Below, in pieces: positions 30,619 to 40,852 of a DNA stretch of 64,000 nucleotides. The stretch is taken from the NCBI GenBank assembly GCA_965216875.1, contig OZ244207.1, forward strand, positions 5,984,001 to 6,048,000. Reading direction: 5' to 3'. The position numbers and the translations under genes were made by a program. Source of the stretch: Rubripirellula sp. GTDB taxonomy: Bacteria; Planctomycetota; Planctomycetia; Pirellulales; Pirellulaceae. Position 1 is the first letter of the stretch; each line of letters begins with the position of its first letter. The notes under the pieces were generated by a model. That model had not been told where the DNA came from and ran no database searches. It saw only the letters and a list, made by a program, of their open reading frames with translations.

Positions 30619-31677
30619 TCAAAACAGATCGAGTTGTCCCGACTTGGGCTTGGGAGGTCGAAACTGGCTCGAATCAAACTCTGGCAACCGATCATCGTAC
30701 CCGAGCTTCTTCTTGAAGGTTGTGAACATTCCTCGGATTTGATCGGCAATTTCTCCGCTGCCACTCATCCGCTCGCCCCAATCCGACGTGTTCAAACCGC
30801 CACGTCGCGTCGAACGCACCCGGCTTAGAATCCGCTCAGCCTTGAGTGGTTGCGTTCGCTCAAGCCATTCGGCAAACACCTGCTGGACCGTCATCGGCAA
30901 CCGCAAAAGAACGTACCCGGCGACCGACGCGCCGGCTGACTTAGCCGCATCCAAAATCGCGGGGACTTCCGAATCGTTCAAACCTGGGATCACCGGCGCG
31001 ACCATCACTCCCACGGGCACCCCCGCTTCAGCGAGGGTTCGAATCGCGCGCAAACGCGCCTCGGGAATGCTCGTTCGAGGCTCCATCTCGGGAGCCAATT
31101 GCGGGTCGAGCGTGGTGACAGAAACATAAACGTGTGTCAGATTCTTTACCGCAAGCTGCACCAACGGCTCCAAATCCCGAACGACAAGTGCATTCTTGGT
31201 CACGATGCTCATAGGTTGGCAACATTCGAGGGCAACCTCAACGCATTGCCCCGTCAATCGATACTTTCGTTCGGCGGGCTGATAGCAGTCGGTGACGCCG
31301 GAAAACGCAATCGGGTCCCCCTTCCAGTTCTTCTTGCGCAAGAAGTCTCGGAACAGTTCGGGGGCGTCTGCTTTGACCACGATCTTGGTTTCGAAGTCCA
31401 ATCCCGCATTGAAGCCAAGATACTCGTGTGTCGGTCTCGCGTAACAGTACGAGCAGGCGTGAACGCAGCCTCGGTAGGGATTCAAGCTGTACCGAAACGG
31501 CAGGTCTGGCGACTTGTTCTCGGTGACGATCGTCTGCGTATCGTCAATGATGTATTCGATCTCACGCTGGTGACGCGTCTCGAGGTATTCGGTGTCCCAC
31601 TCAACATGCTCGAGGTCACTTTCGAGACGATGCGTTTCAAATCGATTCGGCGGATCGATGTTCGAACCATGACGCAC
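30619..31677 (-). CDS. PA0069/SplB-like radical SAM protein
   Basis: SLNPYRGCVHACSYCYARPTHEYL, TDCYQPAE, APVIPGLND; ends QLDLF. Confidence 0.92.
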   Translation of the reverse strand: MRHGSNIDPPNRFETHRLESDLEHVEWDTEYLETRHQREIEYIIDDTQTIVTENKSPDLPFRYSLNPYRGCVHACSYCYARPTHEYLGFNAGLDFETKIVVKADAPELFRDFLRKKNWKGDPIAFSGVTDCYQPAERKYRLTGQCVEVALECCQPMSIVTKNALVVRDLEPLVQLAVKNLTHVYVSVTTLDPQLAPEMEPRTSIPEARLRAIRTLAEAGVPVGVMVAPVIPGLNDSEVPAILDAAKSAGASVAGYVLLRLPMTVQQVFAEWLERTQPLKAERILSRVRSTRRGGLNTSDWGERMSGSGEIADQIRGMFTTFKKKLGYDDRLPEFDSSQFRPPKPKSGQLDLF

Positions 31678-31788
31678 GACAGTTGTCCTTACTCCCAGCA
31701 GAGAACGAGCCCGCGGTCATTGTATCGCTGACTTGAAATCGGCAACCGTATCCTTTGCCTTCCCGATACTCCTCGACCCAAAAACGCA

Positions 31789-32130
31789 ATGAACACCGCA
31801 AGCTTTACGATGTCCGAAATTCTTGAGCAACAACAGGACTCTCACAGCCATTGGCTCGAGTTCCTCAGGACCTCAAACCTTTCGATGGGCGTCTACCGAA
31901 TCCCCAAAGGCACCAATGACCGCGATACGCATACCCCGCACGACGAGGACGAGGTCTATTTGACAACCTCTGGGAAAGGCAAACTCACAGCCGATGGCCA
32001 AGAGTTTGCCATGGAAACCGGAGCGATTGTCTTTGTCAAAGCGGGAATCGATCACCACTTTCACGACATCGACGAAGATTTGAATGTCTTGGTTTTCTTC
32101 TCCGCAACAAGAGTTCCCGATTCTGTGTGA
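31789..32130 (+). CDS. Cupin-domain protein
   Basis: PHDEDEVY..G..FVKAGIDHHFH. Confidence 0.88.
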   Translation: MNTASFTMSEILEQQQDSHSHWLEFLRTSNLSMGVYRIPKGTNDRDTHTPHDEDEVYLTTSGKGKLTADGQEFAMETGAIVFVKAGIDHHFHDIDEDLNVLVFFSATRVPDSV

Positions 32131-32457
32131 GCCGCACGCGCTAGCGCTGCAGATTGCAATCTTGGCGCCACCAGAGCAACTTCTTGCGCGGTGCTCGTGA
32201 GCCGCCGGCCGTCAGGCCCGGGCCCTTGCCGACGCGCAGCGAGTTGTGGGAGTCATGCCCGGCCGCTTACGCGATCGCGGCTCAGCTGTGTGAACTTGGA
32301 AAAGGATTTCCGATGGTGGAAGCGCAATTGCAATCCGTAGCACTAGCGCCGGGCCTCTCCGCGAGGCGTGGGAAGAGTGCAAGGCCCGACCCGCGGCTCA
32401 GGCCGAGAGGACGCAGAGCGTCCAAGAGTGCGTTCCCACGCGGAGCGTGGGAACGAG
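32127..32457. repeat. Composite, nested REP cluster
   Basis: Outer GTGAGCCG element (32127-32400), inner GTGAGCCG..CGGCTCA doublet (32197-32284), GTTCCCACGCGGAGCGTGGGAAC-type element (32407-32457). Confidence 0.85.
32141..32346. mobile_element. Putative MITE with imperfect terminal inverted repeats, flanked by a duplicated CTAG
   Basis: CTAG at 32141-32144 and 32343-32346; arm CGCTGCAGATTGCAAT against the reverse complement TGCTACGGATTGCAAT (13/16), with CCACCA also matching in register further inside. Confidence 0.55.
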
Positions 32458-32554
32458 GTTGAAAGGTCGACCGTTTTGCTCGGGTGTCCGACGGTGTGCG
32501 GCCAGCCTATAACAGCGGCGTGACTTTCGCGTGGATCAAGGGACAGGGTTACCA

Positions 32555-33298
32555 ATGCCGGCAACGAAAACCAAGAACGCTCGCAAGGCTGTCATCGCAG
32601 CGGCAAAAAAGCTTTGCAATCAAGTCGATCAATTGCAATTCGGCGAGCCGGTCACGCATGTCTACAACCCGCTTCGCTACGCCTGGAAGGCTCACAAGAA
32701 ATACCTCGACCAAGTGAGTGAATCGGGGGCGCGGGTCGTCTTTCTCGGGATGAACCCTGGGCCATGGGGAATGGCTCAAACCGGAGTGCCGTTCGGCGAA
32801 ATCGCCGCCGCTCGAGATTGGATGGGAATCAACGTCAAAGTCGATCGCCCCGAAAACGAACACCCCAAACGGCCTGTCGAAGGATTCGAGTGTCCCAAGA
32901 GTGAGGTGAGCGGACGGCGTTTGTGGGGATTGATGGCTGAAAAGTACGACGGGCCCGAAGCCTTCTTCGCAGATCACTTTATCGCAAACTATTGCCCACT
33001 CGTTTTCATGGAAGAATCGGCTCGCAATCGAACGCCCGACAAACTGCCCGCCGATGAACGCAAACCGCTTGATGAAGTTTGCGATGAACATTTGCAAACG
33101 ATCCTGAAGGCACTTCAACCAACCTTTGTTGTTGGCGTTGGCGCCTACGCTGAAAAGTGCCTGCAACGAGCACTCGACGCAACCTCCTGTGACGCATCGC
33201 TGTCGCGCATCTTGCATCCAAGCCCAGCCTCACCAGCGGCGAACAAGGATTGGGCTGGCACGGCGACTCGCCAACTCGAAGAAGCAGGGATTTGGTAG
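32555..33298 (+). CDS. SMUG1-family (family 3) uracil-DNA glycosylase
   Basis: FLGMNPGPWGMAQTGVPFG, SEVSGRR, NYCPL, ILHPSPASP. Confidence 0.93.
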   Translation: MPATKTKNARKAVIAAAKKLCNQVDQLQFGEPVTHVYNPLRYAWKAHKKYLDQVSESGARVVFLGMNPGPWGMAQTGVPFGEIAAARDWMGINVKVDRPENEHPKRPVEGFECPKSEVSGRRLWGLMAEKYDGPEAFFADHFIANYCPLVFMEESARNRTPDKLPADERKPLDEVCDEHLQTILKALQPTFVVGVGAYAEKCLQRALDATSCDASLSRILHPSPASPAANKDWAGTATRQLEEAGIW

Positions 33299-33331
33299 TC
33301 ACCCAAACCGCTGCCCTTGAGGCAGCACGGC

Positions 33332-34120
33332 CTACGACTTGTCGGTTGGTGGTTCTTGTTTGAACGGAAAGTCGGTCGGTCCGGTTCGCGCTGCGATGAT
33401 CTTTTGCCAGATCTTTCGACTCAGACCGGTCGTTAGCTGTTCCAGTTCGCTGACGGCGGCAACCGACGCGGCGTCATCAAATCGTTGGACGTAAAGCGAC
33501 GCGATCTTTCCCGTCAGTGCCAACATCTCGCTGCAATAGTCGAGGTATCGATTGAGTTGAAACGGAGTCATCGACTCTTTTGGCGAATGCTCCGTACGCT
33601 GCCAACTGTTGAGCACGCGCTCGGGGTCTTTGGTGAGCTGATGCATGTCGATCACATGAGCGATGGAGCGCAGTTCGTGAACGGCAGCGAGTGCCCGACG
33701 GCGTTTGATTCGCGTTTCGAAACTAATCAAAAAGTAGATTGCGATCACCAGAAAAATGATGTCGTTCAGTCCCGATTCAACGATCTGAATCAAGACAATG
33801 ACCGTCATCTCTTCTGTCACGCTCGGCCGGACCGCTTGCGTGATGATACCGACGATGATCGCTACCAACGTGAAGGCGATCATGTATCCCGCGATGCGAA
33901 TCGACAGAATCGGTCGGCTGATCCAAGCCGAACGATCGGAAGCTTGGCGTGCCAGATCATGTAGCTGGCCGCAAACACGTGAGAGTCCCGACTCTGGAAA
34001 CCGTTCGCTGATGCGTTGCTCAAGCGTTGCGACCGTTTCGATAATCCGGTCATCGCGCAGAATCAACAGCTGTTCGTCTTGTCGTCGCGTCGGTGCGTTG
34101 GATGTCTCAGGCTTGTTCAT
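33332..34120 (-). CDS. Conserved hypothetical membrane protein
   Basis: Two TM segments; RISERFPESGL, AHVIDMHQLTKDP, RYLDYCSEML, LSRKIWQKI read as conserved blocks. Confidence 0.8.
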   Translation of the reverse strand: MNKPETSNAPTRRQDEQLLILRDDRIIETVATLEQRISERFPESGLSRVCGQLHDLARQASDRSAWISRPILSIRIAGYMIAFTLVAIIVGIITQAVRPSVTEEMTVIVLIQIVESGLNDIIFLVIAIYFLISFETRIKRRRALAAVHELRSIAHVIDMHQLTKDPERVLNSWQRTEHSPKESMTPFQLNRYLDYCSEMLALTGKIASLYVQRFDDAASVAAVSELEQLTTGLSRKIWQKIIAARTGPTDFPFKQEPPTDKS

Positions 34121-34192
34121 CGAAATCAAGTTCTATTGCTTGGCGACTGGCGGCCAATGCGGTACTACAAACACACGCGTTCTCAAGATTGC

Positions 34193-34963
34193 CTACACCG
34201 CAAAGTACTCTTCGATCGCTTCTTGAATCACTTCGAATTGCACCGGGTGTTCAGACCATGTTTCAAGACACCCGGCAAGTGTATGGGCGCGGCGATCATC
34301 AATGGTGATCGTTCGGTAGCCAAGTTCGCGGATCGCATTCATTTCGGGGCGACCATCAGCGGTGATATCGACCACCATTCGCCCGGGATCACCTTGAGGC
34401 CAGTCGTCGACTTCCAGAATTGCAGGTTGGTCTGCAGCACCAGAAACGACAATCAACTTGGCTGACGCGAGGTCTTCCGCATCGGGGGCTTCAAGCAAGG
34501 GAGTAGGATCGTCGAACATCTCTTTGCCGATAAGGTTTGACTCGTCGTCTCCCTCAGGCAGACCTCCAAGCCAAAGTCGTTCTACAGATGCAGGCTCGAA
34601 AGTTTCGATATGTCGTCGCAAAATCTTGCCGAGATTCTCTTTTTCTTGCCAAGTCGCTTCCAGCTGTCCGGACTGAAAACAAAAACAATCAACATGGCCG
34701 GGCGGTTGTTCGCCCTCCGTTTGACGCCGGTCGTTCCAAGCTGCGGCCGCCTGGGCGAGCGTGGGGTCGAGAATCAAGCCGCGAATCCCCAGCACTTCGG
34801 CACCATCGAGCGCCTTGGGAATCTGGTCGGGCGCCACCTGAAAAGAAAGAACGCGCCAATCCAAATCGAGCGCGACCAGCGCGCGTTCAAGCGCGAACTG
34901 TGAGGGGTTTCCGGCGATGGGATGACCAAACACCGCAACGATCGGCTCGGTGGTACCGTCCAT
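34193..34963 (-). CDS. Shikimate dehydrogenase-like protein (degenerate)
   Basis: N-terminal VAVFGHPIAGNPS resembles the AroE substrate domain; NVTxPxK, NTD and GAGG motifs are not visible. Confidence 0.6.
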   Translation of the reverse strand: MDGTTEPIVAVFGHPIAGNPSQFALERALVALDLDWRVLSFQVAPDQIPKALDGAEVLGIRGLILDPTLAQAAAAWNDRRQTEGEQPPGHVDCFCFQSGQLEATWQEKENLGKILRRHIETFEPASVERLWLGGLPEGDDESNLIGKEMFDDPTPLLEAPDAEDLASAKLIVVSGAADQPAILEVDDWPQGDPGRMVVDITADGRPEMNAIRELGYRTITIDDRRAHTLAGCLETWSEHPVQFEVIQEAIEEYFAV

Positions 34964-35052
34964 GACTCAGACTGCAGGGGGTGAATCTCGTGTCCCAATC
35001 AAGATACCATTCAACACGGCATTGGACGAACCGGGTTTGACCGATCGAGCGA

Positions 35053-35910
35053 ATGAAGCCTTACCTCACCACCGCCCCGAAACTTGGCGTCATGACGATC
35101 GTGACGGTCGCGTTTTGGCATGCGCTCTTCGCCGTGTTGATTTTTTATCAACCCGAGCCGGTACTCTTCCCCAAGATCAACACTGCCGACCAATACGCCC
35201 GCATGACTCAAGCTGGCGTGGTCTACGGTCTCTGTGCGTGTGTCTGCTGGATTTCCAGCTCGTTGCTAATGATTTGGTTGCGATGGTCGGTTCGACTGGG
35301 GGCAGCTGCGGCGGGCGCCTTCTTGGTCCGATCCATCATCCCGATGAGCAACTACATCGAGTTTGCCATCTACTTTGGCGGGATGACGGTATCGCAGGCT
35401 GCCCTTTTCGGTGCATCCCGTGTTCCGCGTTGGCAGATTCGCTCGGCAGAACAGGTTGAATCGACCGGCCAGTTTTCAATCGGAGACATCATTTTTGGAA
35501 CCACAGCCATCGCGGTTCTGCTCGGCCTCGCACTCCAGTTCAAGCCGCCGATCAGTGATGGCGAATCGTTCTGGTCCGTGCTCGCAGCGATTTGGATTTG
35601 CCTGCCGGTCATTTCAGCGTTGGTGGCAACCTCATCGACCATGCGTCAAATCAGCGTGATGGTGCGAATGCTGCTGGCCGCAACGTTGATCATCGTCTTG
35701 GGGTCGCTGGGTATCGCGAGCCTTGAAATGGCGATGCTCGATGAAGTCATCGCCGCGGCGACAACGGAACCGCCACTGCTGTGGCTTTTCACGACCCTCT
35801 ATACCGTCCTTGTCGGAGTCAATGCCCTGTGCATCTTGACCCTTGGACTCGCTGGTCGGATGGATGCAAAGCGATCGCGTGGGATCGAAGAGGGACTCGG
35901 TTCACAGTGA
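35053..35910 (+). CDS. Hypothetical multi-pass membrane protein
   Basis: About 8 hydrophobic segments; QFSIGDII motif. Confidence 0.8.
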   Translation: MKPYLTTAPKLGVMTIVTVAFWHALFAVLIFYQPEPVLFPKINTADQYARMTQAGVVYGLCACVCWISSSLLMIWLRWSVRLGAAAAGAFLVRSIIPMSNYIEFAIYFGGMTVSQAALFGASRVPRWQIRSAEQVESTGQFSIGDIIFGTTAIAVLLGLALQFKPPISDGESFWSVLAAIWICLPVISALVATSSTMRQISVMVRMLLAATLIIVLGSLGIASLEMAMLDEVIAAATTEPPLLWLFTTLYTVLVGVNALCILTLGLAGRMDAKRSRGIEEGLGSQ

Positions 35911-36049
35911 GCCGCAAGGAGGCTGCCTCTAAGGCCCGGAGAGGGTTCGTATGGTTAACAACCTCCCCGGACTTTGCGTCCGACCCTCCCGCAAGCGGGA
36001 GGGTGATTGTTGGCACCAAGATTCCGGCTAAAGCTCGGTACTACGAACG
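35907..36049. repeat. REP mosaic between convergent genes
   Basis: GTGAGCCG at 35907; perfect hairpin ACCCTCCCGC-AA-GCGGGAGGGT at 35983-36004; AAGATTCCGGCTAAAGCTCGGTACTAC near 36018. Confidence 0.8.
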
Positions 36050-36115
36050 GAGGCTCACGTCCCTCGTCACCGAGCAGCTCTCGGCATGAGAACCGCCTCG
36101 AGGCTGGACGACAAA

Positions 36116-37501
36116 CTACCGTGCTTGTTGTTGAATCATGTTCAACAAATCGGCCGACGGATTGTTGAGCGTCATGACTCGTGAAGTCGATTCAGGCTGG
36201 TTGCGATCACGAACGATCACAATCACTTCCTGGCTGGAAGCCGCCGAAGGTTGCGTGATCGGTGCGGCGTTGACAGGAGCCGACAAGCTCGCCGGTACGA
36301 CAGCTGCCGTTGCAGGCGCCGCTGCGGGTGCCGACGGCACCGATGCGATGCGATCAACGGGAGCCGCTGCGGGGCTTCCTTGACCTTGATACAGATGCGC
36401 CAAGTCGACGCGATCGAGTTGCCAATTGACCGATCCAGGACCAGCGTAAATCCCAACGTCGCCCTTGTAGTCGGCTGAGTTGCAAACGCCGATCAAACGA
36501 CCTTCCGCGTCGAACAAGCCGCCGCCGCTGCGTCCATCAATCGGTGCACCCGCAATCTCCAAATTGGAAACGCCAAGGTGTTGGTTGTACTTGTTGATGC
36601 CGGTGATGCGAGTATCGCGGCGCGACGGATCATCACCGCGGTCACATCCAAAGCTAAACGCTGTTTGGCCGTTGATCACCTTTTCGGTGCTTGGGAGGAC
36701 CTTGACCGATTGCACCGGGAAGCCAGGTCGGATCACAACCAAAGCGATGTCTCGCGTGTCGGCGTCGTAGTCGACGACTTTGCCTTCGACCGTTTTGGTT
36801 TCGGCGCCGATGAACAAGTCGACTTCGATTTTGCCTTGACCTTGAGTGTCGCGGAACAAGTGACCACAAGTCAGCACGAGTGCTTCGGCGCCGTGCGTAT
36901 CGATGATCGTTCCGGTACCAACGCCATAGCCATGTCCATCGTGGACACGCAGTCGAACGGTTGCCGACTTTGCTTTCTCGACCGAATCAGCCAATGAAAT
37001 GCTAGGCATCGCTTCGCCAGCCGCAGGAGCGAGCGGAGCTTTCGATGTGAGCGTCTGGGGAGTGGGCGATCCGGCAACGGGTGCCAATCGCGTTTGGGGT
37101 GGCGCGATGCTGTCGAGTGCAGTCGGTGCCGACGGACGCGACTTGGCGCCGGTCTGAATCAATGGACCCTGTGGATTGATAGCGATTGCCGACCGAAGCT
37201 GGGTAAGGGACTGGGACCCGACCAATCGGGTGACCTCTTTTCCGCCCGAAACGACGACAAACGTGGGGGTGCTGCGGATGCCATAGCGGCGAACCAGTTC
37301 GTGTTCGCGAGCGACATCGACATGGCGAACGGGGATGCCAGAGCGCTCCAATTGCTGCAAAATGGGCTTCATCGCCCGGCATGGACCGCAATGATCCGAA
37401 GTGAAATTGATAAGAATCGATTCGGCTGAAGCAGCCGATGCACTGAAAGCCATTGCAAACAGAGTCATTCCGATCGCAACCGCGAACTTAGCGTTCCTCA
37501 C
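36116..37501 (-). CDS. Secreted thioredoxin-domain / trypsin-like serine protease fusion
   Basis: Signal peptide, HCGPC, LTCGH, RDIAL, GRSGGGLF. Confidence 0.88.
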   Translation of the reverse strand: MRNAKFAVAIGMTLFAMAFSASAASAESILINFTSDHCGPCRAMKPILQQLERSGIPVRHVDVAREHELVRRYGIRSTPTFVVVSGGKEVTRLVGSQSLTQLRSAIAINPQGPLIQTGAKSRPSAPTALDSIAPPQTRLAPVAGSPTPQTLTSKAPLAPAAGEAMPSISLADSVEKAKSATVRLRVHDGHGYGVGTGTIIDTHGAEALVLTCGHLFRDTQGQGKIEVDLFIGAETKTVEGKVVDYDADTRDIALVVIRPGFPVQSVKVLPSTEKVINGQTAFSFGCDRGDDPSRRDTRITGINKYNQHLGVSNLEIAGAPIDGRSGGGLFDAEGRLIGVCNSADYKGDVGIYAGPGSVNWQLDRVDLAHLYQGQGSPAAAPVDRIASVPSAPAAAPATAAVVPASLSAPVNAAPITQPSAASSQEVIVIVRDRNQPESTSRVMTLNNPSADLLNMIQQQAR

Positions 37502-37788
37502 CCTCGTCCCTCCATGGATACGGGTTTTTCAATTTCATGCCGACACGGTCTAACCGACCGCAAAAAGAACGGTCGGTGGCCTCCTGCCAAAACCGTTCTC
37601 GCCGGGTGGCCGATCGTCCGCTAATCTTCTGCTCGGCGGCAAGGTCAAAGGGGCGCAACCTGAAGCCAACTTGAATCTTTTTTGAGTTTCACGACGCTTT
37701 TTTCCAAATTGTCGCCCCCCACCCTGCAGGCCCCTCGGCTGCTAGACTGCCCGACAGTTCATCACTGGTCAGGAACAACGATACCGAA

Positions 37789-39840
37789 ATGACACGACAA
37801 ATCCTCGTCACCAGCGCCCTGCCCTACGCCAACGGACCGATCCACATCGGCCACTTGGTCGAGTACATCCAGACTGACATCTGGGTGCGGTTTCAAAAGC
37901 TGCGTGGCAACCGTTGTATCTACATCTGTGCCGACGACACGCACGGCACGGCGATCATGATTCGGGCTCGCAAAGAGGGCCGAAGCGAAGAGGAATTGAT
38001 CGCCTCGATGAGCGAAGCGCACCAACGCGACTTTGCCGGATTCGGCATCGAGTTTGAACATTACGGCAGCACCAATAGCGACGCGAACCGCGAGATCTGT
38101 GGCGAGTTTTGGCAATCGCTGCGCGATGCCGATTTGGTCACCGAGCGAGTCATCGAACAGCTTTTCGATCCCGAAGCCGAAACGTTCTTGGCCGATCGAT
38201 TTGTGCGCGGCACCTGTCCCGTTTGTGGATTGCCCGACCAAGCTGGCGACAACTGTAATTGCGGGGCAACCTATAGCCCGACCGACTTGATTGACCCCAA
38301 GAGCACGCTGACCGGTGCGACGCCAATCTTGAAAGAAGCGACGCACCTGTTCGTTCAGCTCGAGAAGCTGCACGGCTTTCTATCTGGTTGGGTCGATGAA
38401 AGCGGTGCACTTCAAAAGGAAGTGGCGAATTACCTGAAGGGCCATTTCCTGGCCGAAGAACTTCGCGACTGGGACATCAGTCGGCCAGCGCCCTACTTTG
38501 GTTTCGAGATCCCCGACGCACCGGGCAACTACTGGTACGTTTGGTTCGACGCTCCGATTGGTTACATCGCGAGCACCAAAGAATGGTGCCAGGCCAATGG
38601 CGAATCACTCGATGATTGGTGGAAAAACGACGACTGCGAAGTCCATCACTTCATCGGCAAGGACATCACCTACTTCCACACGCTCTTTTGGCCGGGCATG
38701 TTGGAAACCGCAAAGTATTCGCTGCCAACCAAAGTGCACATCCACGGCTTCTTGAACGTTGATGGCAAGAAGATGTCAAAACGTGACGGCACGTTGATTG
38801 CCGCCGAGACGTACCTCAAACATGCCAAGCCAGATTACTTGCGGTATTACTACGCAACGAAACTGACACCGCGCGTCGAGGACTTGGACCTGCAAATTGA
38901 CGAGTTCACTGAAAAGGTGAATTCCGATTTGGTCGGCAAAGTCGTGAACCTAGCGAGCCGCGTCGGCAAGTTCGCAAACTCGACCGGACTCTCGCCCGAA
39001 TACCCCGATGATGGCGGGCTGTTTGAAGCGGCAGCCGCGGCAGGTGATGAAATCGCCGAAGCGTACGAGGCGTGTGATTATGCCCGCGCAATGCGGCGCA
39101 TCATGGAACTTGCCGATGCGGCCAATCCTTTCGTCGAACACGCCAAACCTTGGGAAATGAAAAAGGATCCCGAGCGACAGGATGAACTGCGCGATGTTTG
39201 CACCGTCGCACTGAACCTGTTCCGGCAACTTTCCATCTACCTCGCGCCCGTGCTGCCTGAGCTTGCAGCAAAGTGTGGCGAATTGGTTGGGGAAGAACTC
39301 ACTTCGTGGGAGCAAAGCCGCACGCCCCTGGTTGGCACTCCCGTTGCAAAATTCAAACGCATGATGGATCGAATCCAAACCGAGGACCTTCAAAAGATGA
39401 TCGAAGAAAGCAAAGAAATGGCCGACGCGGAAGCCGCGACCGATGCCACCGCAGAAACCGCAGCGAAGTACAACGACAGCGATCAGCCACTCAAGGACGA
39501 ACCGCTTGCAGATGAAATCACGATTGATGATTTTGCCAAAGTCGATCTTCGCGTTGCTCGCGTGCTTTCAGCCGAGCAGGTGCCTGAGGCGAACAAGTTG
39601 CTGAAGTTGACGCTGAGCCTCGGTGGTGACCAGCGCCGTCAGGTCTTTGCGGGGATCAAAGCGGCTTACGAACCTGAGCAACTGGTCGGTCGTTTAGTCG
39701 TGATGGTCGCCAACCTCAAGCCACGCAAGATGCGTTTCGGTTTGAGTGAAGGGATGGTCACCGCGTCGGGACCAGGTGGCGCCGACGTCTTCATCCTTGG
39801 TGTCGATGAAGGTGCCGTCCCAGGACAACGTGTCCACTAG
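37789..39840 (+). CDS. metG: Methionine--tRNA ligase with C-terminal tRNA-binding domain
   Basis: [39 protein letters not shown]. Confidence 0.98.
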   Translation: MTRQILVTSALPYANGPIHIGHLVEYIQTDIWVRFQKLRGNRCIYICADDTHGTAIMIRARKEGRSEEELIASMSEAHQRDFAGFGIEFEHYGSTNSDANREICGEFWQSLRDADLVTERVIEQLFDPEAETFLADRFVRGTCPVCGLPDQAGDNCNCGATYSPTDLIDPKSTLTGATPILKEATHLFVQLEKLHGFLSGWVDESGALQKEVANYLKGHFLAEELRDWDISRPAPYFGFEIPDAPGNYWYVWFDAPIGYIASTKEWCQANGESLDDWWKNDDCEVHHFIGKDITYFHTLFWPGMLETAKYSLPTKVHIHGFLNVDGKKMSKRDGTLIAAETYLKHAKPDYLRYYYATKLTPRVEDLDLQIDEFTEKVNSDLVGKVVNLASRVGKFANSTGLSPEYPDDGGLFEAAAAAGDEIAEAYEACDYARAMRRIMELADAANPFVEHAKPWEMKKDPERQDELRDVCTVALNLFRQLSIYLAPVLPELAAKCGELVGEELTSWEQSRTPLVGTPVAKFKRMMDRIQTEDLQKMIEESKEMADAEAATDATAETAAKYNDSDQPLKDEPLADEITIDDFAKVDLRVARVLSAEQVPEANKLLKLTLSLGGDQRRQVFAGIKAAYEPEQLVGRLVVMVANLKPRKMRFGLSEGMVTASGPGGADVFILGVDEGAVPGQRVH

Positions 39841-39849
39841 GTCTTCCTC

Positions 39850-40004
39850 GTCAGCGGCTTTGGCGCTAGCCACCGGTGTTTTGCGCGCGGAGCACTGGTG
39901 GCGAGAGCCGGTTCGTGAAGAGGGAACCACGGATAGCACGAATCTCACGAATAAGAGCGAGAGAGTTTCTTCGTGAGCGGCTTTGGCGCTAGCCGCCGGT
40001 GTTT
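39850..40004. repeat. Two direct GT(G/C)AGCGG REP copies enclosing a 9-bp-period CACG(G/A)AT triplet
   Basis: GT(C/G)AGCGGCTTTGGCGCTAGCC(A/G)CCGGTGTTT at 39850 and 39973; CACGGATAG CACGAATCT CACGAATAA at 39928-39954. Confidence 0.8.
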
Positions 40005-40030
40005 CTAGCACACGATGAACGAACACAGAC

Positions 40031-40852
40031 GTGCCGATGGGTCGAGCGATACAAGAGTTGAGACGGTACTTGCTTGACCGCATGGTGCTGCGCCCATCGC
40101 GCGACGAGCTTGACCATCGCCCCAAGCAGCGTGTTTGGTTGACATCGGCCGGTCGACCGCTGGAGTGTTTTGTTGAAGAAACGCGCAACGACGATGACCA
40201 ACCCGTTGATGTCTTGGTCCTAAAATTCCCCGGCACTGCGGGCCGCGCCGAACGCGCGTCCAACTTCCCGCTCGATTGGTTACCGATCGATCCCGAGCAA
40301 CGCGTTTCGATTTGGACGTGGAACCCACCGGGCTACGGCGGAAGTGCCGGCCGCGCAAGCCTGGGGCGGATCGCCGAAGCGAGTTTGGATTTCTGGGACA
40401 GGGTCACAACGAAGAAACTGGCCGAGTCGACCCGAGTTCTGTTGTGTGGCAATAGCCTCGGATGCGTCACGGCACTTCATGTTGCATCCAAGGTCGATCA
40501 TCAACGCTCGGGGCTCATTTTGCGTAATCCACCACCTCTGATTCCGGTCGTCAAACATGTGGCAAGTCGGTATCCGATGAGCCGATTGGTGAATCCAATC
40601 GCCGAAAGCCTTTGTGATCGGATGAACGCTACCGTCACGGCCAAGTCTGTCGAAATTCCGGCCGTCTTCATGCAATGCGAACTCGACTCGCTGGTATTGC
40701 CGGAATTTCAAGAGCAAGTGATCGATGCATTCGCTGGCCCCAAACGCATCGCCTTGCTCAAAGGCCTCGATCACGCCGATGTTACCATGGACGAACATGA
40801 GGAGATCGTTCGTGAATCGATTCACTGGCTTTGGGAAACGGTGTCGAAATGA
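40031..40852 (+). CDS. Alpha/beta hydrolase
   Basis: NPPGYGGS, GNSLG nucleophile elbow, DSLV, LDH. Confidence 0.85.
   Translation: MPMGRAIQELRRYLLDRMVLRPSRDELDHRPKQRVWLTSAGRPLECFVEETRNDDDQPVDVLVLKFPGTAGRAERASNFPLDWLPIDPEQRVSIWTWNPPGYGGSAGRASLGRIAEASLDFWDRVTTKKLAESTRVLLCGNSLGCVTALHVASKVDHQRSGLILRNPPPLIPVVKHVASRYPMSRLVNPIAESLCDRMNATVTAKSVEIPAVFMQCELDSLVLPEFQEQVIDAFAGPKRIALLKGLDHADVTMDEHEEIVRESIHWLWETVSK

Noticed and set aside
37590..37788. T-box or SAM riboswitch upstream of metG
   Set aside because: No T-box or S-box consensus and no terminator recognised.
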